Origin: Candidatus Omnitrophota bacterium
GTDB lineage: Bacteria > Omnitrophota > Gorgyraeia > Duberdicusellales > 4484-171
Direction: 5' to 3'
DNA: 64,000 bases
Assembly (NCBI GenBank): GCA_023134705.1
Contig: JAGLUN010000051.1
Location: 3,362 to 67,361, forward strand
In this document: piece after piece, positions 57,679-64,000 of the stretch
Position numbering within the stretch: position 1 is the stretch's first letter
Layout of the letters: every line of letters begins with the position of its first letter
Notes under the pieces: generated by a model
The model's database searches: none
What the model was told of the DNA's origin: nothing
The model's input: only the letters and a program-made list of their open reading frames with translations
Translations under genes and position numbers: made by a program

Positions 57679-57999
57679 TCATCCTTTGTTTTTTTTCTTT
57701 CTTTTCAACGCGGAAAGGACTAATCCTCCTAATCCGATTCCAAAAAGGGTTAAAGTTGCCGGTTCAGGATTAAGACCAACAAAATCATTGCCACTGCCCG
57801 AATTACTAGTGCCGCCTAAATCATCTGTATAGCCTGGATCATTTGAGTAATCAAGATCAACAAAATCACCGCCGCTGCCCGAATTATTTGAGTAATCGGC
57901 ACCGGAAAAAGAAACCGAATCAGAATCGCTGCCCCCTCCTCCGCTTTTACAGCCAATAAAGCAAACTGCTACTGTCAAAATCAGTATAAATCTTAACAT
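57679..57999 (-). CDS. Small low-complexity PEP-CTERM lipoprotein (Gly/Ser/Asp-rich)
   Basis: It has the RBS GGAGGTGATCC. The signal peptide carries the lipobox FIGC. Internal repeats are SGSGGDFVDLDYSN and SGSGNDFVGLN. The C-terminus is NPEPATLTLFGIGLGGLVLSALKRKKKNKG. Confidence 0.65.
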   Translation of the reverse strand: MLRFILILTVAVCFIGCKSGGGGSDSDSVSFSGADYSNNSGSGGDFVDLDYSNDPGYTDDLGGTSNSGSGNDFVGLNPEPATLTLFGIGLGGLVLSALKRKKKNKG

Positions 58000-58039
58000 T
58001 ATGGATCACCTCCTTTTGAATAGTCTATGGTCGATATTC

Positions 58040-58140
58040 ATTGAAATATGCTTCGCGAAATATACTTCGTGAAATATACTTCATGAAATATATAGATATA
58101 GATAGAAATAAATGGAAATATGTTGAAATAAATAGTCCGC
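58040..58140 (-). promoter_or_regulatory. GAAATAT direct-repeat block (14-bp period) upstream of the small PEP-CTERM gene, homologous to the blocks at 18036 and 19413
   Basis: It reads CGCGAAATATACTTCGTGAAATATACTTCATGAAATATATAG...GGAAATATGTTGAAATAAATAGTCCGCCATTGGCGG. Confidence 0.45.
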
Positions 58141-58179
58141 CATTGGCGGAAAATATAATTGGAATACATCTTTATTGCT

Positions 58180-58578
58180 TTAATCTTCATTTTTGGCCTT
58201 AGTTTTTGATTTGTATGTTGAACTTATAAAGTTATTTAATTTGATTGATAATTTCTTGCTCAATTTTTCCATTTTGTTAAAAATATCTTTATCGATAATC
58301 TTTCGTTCATGGAGTAAAGATAACCAATGTTCACACGATTCACTTAAAGACGCACGGCTGGTATAATAGAACTTAATCCTATCTAAGAAGTGATATCTTT
58401 TATACCCTTCAGCAATGTTTGCCCCTACAGAATCGATAGATTCAATAAATTGATCTCCCATAATCTTCTTTTCATGCCAATTCAATGCGCTATAGATTTC
58501 CCATGCAATTCCTGATAATTCTCTGGATATCCTGTAAACCTCTAAATCCTTCAGTTCTATATATTTCTTTATATCCAT
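58180..58578 (-). CDS. Four-helix-bundle protein (23S IVS-associated family), second copy
   Basis: It carries SVGANIAEGYKRYH and YYTSRASLSESCEHW. It is 132 aa. Confidence 0.65.
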   Translation of the reverse strand: MDIKKYIELKDLEVYRISRELSGIAWEIYSALNWHEKKIMGDQFIESIDSVGANIAEGYKRYHFLDRIKFYYTSRASLSESCEHWLSLLHERKIIDKDIFNKMEKLSKKLSIKLNNFISSTYKSKTKAKNED

Positions 58579-58603
58579 TCTATATCTATATATTGATATA
58601 TCT

Positions 58604-59581
58604 CTACCCTTTCACCAGTTGGCTTTTAAAATATTCGACTGTTCTCCTAAGGCCTTGTTCAAAATCAACTATGGGTTTGAAGCCAAGCATTGACTTGATT
58701 TTAGAAACATCGGCTAAGGTTTTGAATACGTCTCCTTTGCGTACAGGTAAAAATTCCGGTTGGATATTTTTGCCGATGATTTTATTGAGTGAGTCAACTA
58801 TGCTTAATACAGTGTTGTCTTTTCCGTTGGCAACGTTAAGAATCGTATTGCGTATCGCGTATTGCGTATCGCGTAAAGGGACGGTGGCGGCAAGGATGTT
58901 GGCTTCAACTACGTTATCAATATAAGTAAAATCACGGGATTGTTTGCCATTACCAAAAATCGGCGGTTGTTCATTATTAAGAATGCAATGGATAAATTTA
59001 GGGATAACTACAGCGTATTCGTCGTCTAATGCCTGCCTTGGGCCGAACACGTTAAAGTAACGCAGGCTTACTGTTTCCAGGCCGAAGTTCTCGCTGAAAA
59101 TCCGGCAGTAATATTCACCGGCTAATTTAGTCAAAGCGTAAGGAGAAATAAGTAACGGATAGGCGGTTTCCTTCTCAGGGAATTTGTCGGTATCTCCATA
59201 AACAGAACTTGATGACGCAAAGACCAAACGTTTCGTCCCGCACTCTCCACCGGCTTTAAGCATATTTAAAGTGCCATTAATATTTACCTCGTTATATTCA
59301 TAAGGGTTATTCATTGATTTAGGTACACTGCGTAAGGCGGCCTGGTGGAATATAATTTCGATACCTTTACAGGCTCTTAGACAAGTATCATAGTCACAGA
59401 TATCGCCTCTGATTAGTCGATAGTCGATGGCCGATTGTCCATAGCTGGATACAAAAGAGAGGTTCTCTTCTTTTCCGGAAGAGAAGTTATCAAGTACAAC
59501 CACGTCATTTCCTTCCTTCAGTAATCGTTCAACAATATGTGAACCGATAAATCCTGCTCCGCCGGTTACCAATGCTTTCAT
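58604..59581 (-). CDS. NAD-dependent UDP-sugar 4-epimerase (GalE/WbpP-like extended SDR)
   Basis: It carries ALVTGGAGFIGSH and YALTKLAGE and is 325 aa. The codons 58849..58880 are a family-A repeat unit (see findings). Confidence 0.75.
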   Translation of the reverse strand: MKALVTGGAGFIGSHIVERLLKEGNDVVVLDNFSSGKEENLSFVSSYGQSAIDYRLIRGDICDYDTCLRACKGIEIIFHQAALRSVPKSMNNPYEYNEVNINGTLNMLKAGGECGTKRLVFASSSSVYGDTDKFPEKETAYPLLISPYALTKLAGEYYCRIFSENFGLETVSLRYFNVFGPRQALDDEYAVVIPKFIHCILNNEQPPIFGNGKQSRDFTYIDNVVEANILAATVPLRDTQYAIRNTILNVANGKDNTVLSIVDSLNKIIGKNIQPEFLPVRKGDVFKTLADVSKIKSMLGFKPIVDFEQGLRRTVEYFKSQLVKG

Positions 59582-59832
59582 TGTTTTCTCCTTATTTAAT
59601 AGATATTGTCAAAATTATTTAAGTTTAAATAACCAATCACCAAGATATACCCTTACGGGCACAGGCAAGATACAAACAAATTCCAATCTTCAATAATCAA
59701 TAACCAAAATACCTGATTTTGTTGAATTTTTTGGTTATTGAAATTTGGTCATTGGTTATTGTTTGGTTATTGTTTCTTGTGTCTTGGTTATTCATTCCTT
59801 CTGTGCCCTCTGTGGTTTTTTCATAACTTATC

Positions 59833-60567
59833 CTAAAATGTAAAAACCGCTTCGGTATAACTGTCTAAATCTCCGATATCGAACCAATCACCCTGGAAAG
59901 TATATCCATAGACACTATCCCGTTGGGAAAGCCATTCTAAATAACTTCCTATTTTGTCAAGATCATTGTCAGCTTGGAAATATTCTTTAATAAGAGAGAC
60001 TTTTTCTTTGGGGAAAAAGTAAAGGCATGTTGAAATAAGCTGTGAGCCGTTTAATTGATTGGGTTTTTCGAAAAACTCAATAACTTTTGACGTATTATCC
60101 ATTTTTACTATGCCGAATTTATTCGCTTTTAATTTTCCATTCAGGTTATAAACGCCAATCACATTGTTTGGCCGTAGTTTTTTAGTAAAATCCACGAATT
60201 CATCAAGGGAGAAAGAGAATAAATTATCTCCGCCGAGTACCAATAAATCATCGTCAATATTTTCCTTTTCACAAACAAAGGCTAAATCTTTTACCGCGCC
60301 TAACTTATCTTTGTGATTTAAAGAGCCGTCATTAATGAGTTTAATCGGTGTTTCGGAATTGAAGTTGTCAAGCCATTGTTGGAATTGTTTGAAAAAACGG
60401 TTATTGCTAACAATAAATATTTCTTCTACTTCTTCTATTAACTGAACTTTATTTACAATAAATTCAATAATAGGTTTACCCCGTATAGGAAGAAGAGGCT
60501 TCGCCCGTTCTTTGGTTAAAGGATATAACCTTGTTCCATAACCAGCCGCTAGGATTATTGCTTTCAT
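59833..60567 (-). CDS. Sugar-phosphate nucleotidyltransferase (NTP_transferase domain only)
   Basis: It carries MKAIILAAGYGTRLYPLTKERAKPLLPIRGKPII and is 244 aa. Confidence 0.7.
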   Translation of the reverse strand: MKAIILAAGYGTRLYPLTKERAKPLLPIRGKPIIEFIVNKVQLIEEVEEIFIVSNNRFFKQFQQWLDNFNSETPIKLINDGSLNHKDKLGAVKDLAFVCEKENIDDDLLVLGGDNLFSFSLDEFVDFTKKLRPNNVIGVYNLNGKLKANKFGIVKMDNTSKVIEFFEKPNQLNGSQLISTCLYFFPKEKVSLIKEYFQADNDLDKIGSYLEWLSQRDSVYGYTFQGDWFDIGDLDSYTEAVFTF

Positions 60568-60590
60568 AAGTTTCGTATCCTCCGGGAATA

Positions 60591-60800
60591 CTCAGGATTC
60601 CCTTCGGTCATTTCGTATTGCGTATCGCGTATCGCGTATTGCGTTATAAATTCCTTTTACTAACTTTATACCTTTTTTCCAAACTCTTAAATCTCTAAAA
60701 TATTTTATTTTGTCTTCCATTTTGTCATATTTGTGTTTTGTACGCGATACGCGATACTCGTTACGCGATACGCTATTATTGCTTTCATAAATTTCGTATT
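60591..60800. repeat. Family-A arrays in inverted orientation bracketing a 5' fragment (about 60650..60740) of a four-helix-bundle gene
   Basis: 60611..60645 reads CGTATTGCGTATCGCGTATCGCGTATTGCG. 60745..60790 reads GTACGCGATACGCGATACTCGTTACGCGATACG. 60650..60740 is about 90 percent identical to 61092..61180. Confidence 0.75.
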
Positions 60801-60803
60801 GCG

Positions 60804-61163
60804 TTATAATTTTTTTGCTAAATTAGTAATCATTCTACAAATATGGTCGATTATTTCTGTTAATTCGTTTTCTTTGTCTTCTTTTATGTAAGACAATTCT
60901 TTTGTAATTATCACCTGGGTTTCTAATTCCGCGCAGGAACCTAAAGATATATTGAGAAATTGTTTGTATTCTTTGTTATGTTTTCGTCTAAAACCCTCTG
61001 CTATGTTAGAAGGGATAGAAATGGCACATCTTCTCATTTGAGAAGAAAGTCCATATTGTTCTTCTTTAGGGAAACTTTTCGTTGTTTTATAAATTTCTTT
61101 TACTAGCTCTATACCTTTTTTCCAAACTCTTAAATCTCTAAAACGTCTTATTTTGTCTTCCAT
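60804..61163 (-). CDS. Four-helix-bundle protein (23S IVS-associated family), third copy
   Basis: It carries RRCAISIPSNIAEGFRRKH and NISLGSCAELETQ. It is 119 aa. Confidence 0.7.
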   Translation of the reverse strand: MEDKIRRFRDLRVWKKGIELVKEIYKTTKSFPKEEQYGLSSQMRRCAISIPSNIAEGFRRKHNKEYKQFLNISLGSCAELETQVIITKELSYIKEDKENELTEIIDHICRMITNLAKKL

Positions 61164-61214
61164 ATTGTCATATTTGTTTGTACGCGATACGCAATACGCG
61201 TTACGCGATACGAA

Positions 61215-61706
61215 TCACGCGATACGCGTTACAATATTTTTAAAGAATATAATTGCTCCCACAATTACCGCGTTTATTGAGGCTAAGAGGACCCCGGCAG
61301 CGGCAATGTCTTTAACCAGTTTAACCGAAGGATGATATTTCTTGCCGTTTAAAAAGTCTAAGCTTAACTCTAAAGCCGTGTTAATAATTTCACAAGCAAT
61401 AACAAAGATCATGGCTAAAAACAAAATTGCCATTTCTAAATAAGAAACCTTAATCAAAAGACTTAAGACAATGACCGATAATCCCGTAATAATATGTATA
61501 CGGATGTTCCTTTGGCTTTTTAAAGCGAATTTAAGCCCTTCCCAGGCACAAACAAAGCTGCTCAATAAATTTCTTCGTTTATTAAAAATATTTAAGGGAT
61601 AATTGTTAACCTCTAATGAAGAAGCATTAGCGGTTAAGGGATTAGGTCCGGAATGATTATTTTTTACAACTTCATCCATCCCTTGACCAAGATTAATCTC
61701 CGGCAT
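61215..61706 (-). CDS. dgkA: Diacylglycerol/undecaprenol kinase (DgkA family)
   Basis: It carries EIINTALELSLDF and VKDIAAAGVLLASINAVIVG, and has three transmembrane helices. The start is assigned at the internal Met to avoid the upstream overlap. The ORF could extend to 61772. Confidence 0.55.
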   Translation of the reverse strand: MPEINLGQGMDEVVKNNHSGPNPLTANASSLEVNNYPLNIFNKRRNLLSSFVCAWEGLKFALKSQRNIRIHIITGLSVIVLSLLIKVSYLEMAILFLAMIFVIACEIINTALELSLDFLNGKKYHPSVKLVKDIAAAGVLLASINAVIVGAIIFFKNIVTRIA

Positions 61707-61716
61707 AGTTATTGTT

Positions 61717-62352
61717 CTATTCATTATTCCTCCCTTCGGCGCTTGTAAGCTTTGATTTCTGATTGGAATCACGTGATTTTAATATTCTTGCTGGCACTCC
61801 CACTACTACAGCGTTATCAGGAACATTCTTATTCTTTGTCACTACTGCCCCGGCTCCGGTTATCGCGCCTTTACCTATTTTTAGAGGAGCGACTAAAATT
61901 GAGCCGCTTCCGATAAAAGCTCCTTTTTTAATTGTTGTTTTATGTTTTTGTTTGCCGTCGTAATTAGCGATAATTGTTCCCGCGCCGATATTTACCCTTT
62001 CTTCAACCATGGTATCGCCCAGATAAGTCAGGTGCTTGACTTTGCTTCCTTTAGAAATTGTACTGCGATTTAATTCCACAAAATTTCCCACAATGACTTC
62101 ATCTTTAACTCTGGTCCCTTTGCGTATCCGGGCAAAAGGGCCAATCTGACAGTTTTTGCCGATCTTAACATCGGTTTCTATGACAGTTAAAGGATTTATT
62201 GTTGTTCCTTTACCAATAGTTACGCCGTCAGCAATGTAAGTAGTTAAGGGGTCAATAATCTTCACCCCGCGTTTTATTAATTTATAAAGGCGACTTAACC
62301 GCTCTTTATTTTGGGCTATTATTTGTTCTCCGGGATTAAAATTGTTTTTCAT
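61717..62352 (-). CDS. Stand-alone GlmU-type left-handed beta-helix acetyltransferase domain (GlcN-1-P N-acetyltransferase-like)
   Basis: It carries GPFARIRKGTRV, HLTYLGD, IGAGTIIANYDGKQKHKTTIKKGAFIGSGSILVAPLKIGKGAITGAGAVV, which is collinear with the C-terminal domain of GlmU. No N-terminal uridyltransferase domain is present. Confidence 0.6.
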   Translation of the reverse strand: MKNNFNPGEQIIAQNKERLSRLYKLIKRGVKIIDPLTTYIADGVTIGKGTTINPLTVIETDVKIGKNCQIGPFARIRKGTRVKDEVIVGNFVELNRSTISKGSKVKHLTYLGDTMVEERVNIGAGTIIANYDGKQKHKTTIKKGAFIGSGSILVAPLKIGKGAITGAGAVVTKNKNVPDNAVVVGVPARILKSRDSNQKSKLTSAEGRNNE

Positions 62353-62386
62353 ATTTTACTCCTCGTTATCCGGTTATTTCCGTATT

Positions 62387-63787
62387 TCAAGCATGTAAGC
62401 CGGTTTCCTCCGGCTCTATCCCGATTTCTCCTTTTATCCGGGCAGCTAAACTCTGCGCTATTTCCGTAATTAAACCCTGGTCTTTACCTTCAACCATGAT
62501 TCTTGCTAAGGGCTCGGTTCCTGAATACCTGACTAAAAGCCTTCCGTTATCTTTTAGCCGGGTATTAGAATCACATATAGCTCCCCAGACCGAAGGGATA
62601 GATTCAAAAGGTTTTTTTTCTTTTACTTTTACATTCAATAAGATTTGGGGCATCTTTTTAAAACATTTTGAAAGCTCATTTAACGAGGTGTTTTGTTCTT
62701 TCAATATTTTAAGAATTTTTAGCGCCGTAAGCAGGCCGTCAGGTGTGGGAGAATGATCTAAAAGAATGATGTGTCCTGATTGCTCACCGCCTAAGTTAAG
62801 ATGGTTCTTAATCATAGATTCCAAAACGTATTTATCACCTACGTTGGTAAAAATAACCTTGCCGCCTAACTTTTCTATCGCCAGTTTTAAACCGTAGTTA
62901 CTCATTACTGTGGTAACGATTGTAGCTTTAGGGAGCCTTTGATTCTTTAATAAATAACCGGCAATTATAGCTAAGATATAATCACCGTCTAAGATATCCC
63001 CTTTATTATCAATAAGAATCATTCTGTCTCCGTCACCGTCAAAAGCGAAGCCGATATCAGACCCGGTATTTACGACTAATTCTTTAAGGAGCGCCGGATT
63101 CATTGCTCCTCCTTTGTTTATATTTTCACCGCACGGGGAATCGTTTATAGATATAACCCGGGCTTTTAATTGTTCAAAAAGTTTTTTGGCAAAAAGAGCG
63201 GTAGCTCCACAGCCACAATCCAGACAAATGTTTATCCCCTCTAAATTTAAATTCCCCAGTATTGACTTCAGAAAATTGAGGTAAAGAGAGTTAGCCGGTT
63301 CAAGCGAAGATACTTCTCCCCGTTTCTGACAGGTTAAATCAACAAAACTGTGAATCAAATTGTTAAATATTATTTCCTCAATCCAGTCTTCATCCTGAGG
63401 TGAAACTTTATACCCCCCGGAACCAAAAAATTTAATGCCGTTATCTGTGGGTTCATTATGAGAAGCGGAAATCATAATTCCCATATCCGCGGAAAGCTCT
63501 TTTACCAAAAAAGCCAGCCCGGGGGTAGGAATTATTCCGGCTAAAAGGACATCTACCCCGTAGGAGCTGATGGCATCAGATAATATGCTTTCGATCCTAT
63601 AGCCGCTTAACCGGGTGTCCTTGCCGATAATTACTTTCATCGGGAGGTTGCTGCCCTTCCTTTTATAATGAAGCAGGCGGGCTATACTGCCTCCTATTTT
63701 GAAAACCATGCCGTCAGTTAGAGGATAAATCCCCGGGGTACCTCTTATCCCGTCTGTGCCGAATAATTTTTCGTGTTTTTGTTCCAT
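62387..63787 (-). CDS. glmM: Phosphoglucosamine mutase (phosphohexomutase family)
   Basis: It carries FGTDGIRG and ISASHNEPTDNGIKFF (the phosphoserine loop). It is 466 aa. Confidence 0.75.
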   Translation of the reverse strand: MEQKHEKLFGTDGIRGTPGIYPLTDGMVFKIGGSIARLLHYKRKGSNLPMKVIIGKDTRLSGYRIESILSDAISSYGVDVLLAGIIPTPGLAFLVKELSADMGIMISASHNEPTDNGIKFFGSGGYKVSPQDEDWIEEIIFNNLIHSFVDLTCQKRGEVSSLEPANSLYLNFLKSILGNLNLEGINICLDCGCGATALFAKKLFEQLKARVISINDSPCGENINKGGAMNPALLKELVVNTGSDIGFAFDGDGDRMILIDNKGDILDGDYILAIIAGYLLKNQRLPKATIVTTVMSNYGLKLAIEKLGGKVIFTNVGDKYVLESMIKNHLNLGGEQSGHIILLDHSPTPDGLLTALKILKILKEQNTSLNELSKCFKKMPQILLNVKVKEKKPFESIPSVWGAICDSNTRLKDNGRLLVRYSGTEPLARIMVEGKDQGLITEIAQSLAARIKGEIGIEPEETGLHA

Positions 63788-63799
63788 ATTTAAACCTCG

Positions 63800-64000
63800 C
63801 TAACTATTTTTCTGGTGGTAATAATAATAGTAACCGCAAAAATCGGGTGTCCGGTGATCAGTTTTGGTAAGGATAAATCCCAGAAATTTATTATGCGCCT
63901 GTTCAAGAAGCTCTTTTGCCTTTTCCACAATATGGGCCTTTGTGCGCTGTGCCTGAACCACTATAATAACGCCTTCGGTTTGAAGCCCTAAGACCCGGGC
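63800..64000 (-). CDS. C-terminal end of a BY-kinase (Wzc/EpsG-type chain-length-determinant tyrosine kinase). The N-terminus lies outside the window.
   Basis: The partial frame reads ...VIIVVQAQRTKAHIVEKAKELLEQAHNKFLGFILTKTDHRTPDFCGYYYYYHQKNS*. The C-terminal Tyr cluster is characteristic of BY-kinases. Confidence 0.55.
   Translation of the reverse strand, partial: ARVLGLQTEGVIIVVQAQRTKAHIVEKAKELLEQAHNKFLGFILTKTDHRTPDFCGYYYYYHQKNS

Noticed and set aside
59395-59425. GTCGATAGTCGATGG inside the GalE-like gene resembling the GTCGATAGTCAATGG units at 57380..57412
   Set aside because: The encoded peptide (QSAIDYRLIRGD) has the same length as the equivalent segment of related epimerases, so there is no insertion. 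The similarity is short and is probably chance or ancient, unlike the clear in-frame repeat at 58849..58880.

Overview
This is an AT-rich bacterial contig, probably from an uncultivated lineage, with Shine-Dalgarno GGAGG sites. It is dominated by a PEP-CTERM/exosortase-style exopolysaccharide (EPS) region.

Layout from left to right:
- 1-4.3 kb: an acylation module made of the 3' end of an acyl-CoA ligase/ACP/PlsC-acyltransferase fusion, a PilZ c-di-GMP receptor and a GNAT-like N-acyl amino acid synthase-like gene. The module is partly duplicated about 1.9 kb downstream; the duplicate carries a frameshifted PilZ and an intact divergent acyltransferase paralog.
- 4.8-7.6 kb: a small toxin-antitoxin/defence islet holding HepT/MntA, a four-helix-bundle (23S-IVS-type) gene and AbiEii/AbiEi.
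- 8.1-16.7 kb: a plus-strand cassette encoding a B12-binding radical SAM enzyme, a MacB/LolCDE-like ABC ATPase and permease, a LolA-like/DUF1329-like protein, a DUF1302-like outer-membrane beta-barrel, a membrane-anchored hexapeptide acyltransferase, a GT1 UDP-glycosyltransferase and a disrupted SAM methyltransferase.
- 16.7-24.5 kb: three secreted PEP-CTERM proteins, each with its own sigma-54 (-24/-12) promoter and a shared upstream module, next to the cognate prsK-prsR two-component pair.
- 24.6-64 kb: a long minus-strand glycan locus that is visibly more AT-rich over 24.7-48.5 kb. It encodes WecB, SDR epimerases, GT4, GT2 and tandem-GT4 transferases, a CapK-like ligase, a Wzy-like protein, Wzx, an FkbM methyltransferase, a GH43-like beta-propeller, a kinase-like protein, a PHP phosphoesterase, and a UbiA/ArnT-like/ArnEF-like trio suggesting a polyprenyl-phospho-pentose donor pathway. 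It continues with rfbBDCA, ugd, a UDP-xylose synthase, a UDP-HexNAc dehydrogenase, manC, a GalE-like epimerase, an NTP-transferase, dgkA, a stand-alone GlmU-type acetyltransferase domain, glmM and the C-terminus of a BY-kinase.

Interspersed elements:
- Two unusual intergenic repeat families: octamer CGCGTATCG arrays (family A) and 10-11 bp phased GTTAC palindromic elements (family B).
- Several selfish small genes: three four-helix-bundle genes and two GxxExxY genes, sitting inside or next to those repeats.

No exosortase gene is visible in the window. There is no CRISPR array, rRNA or tRNA.
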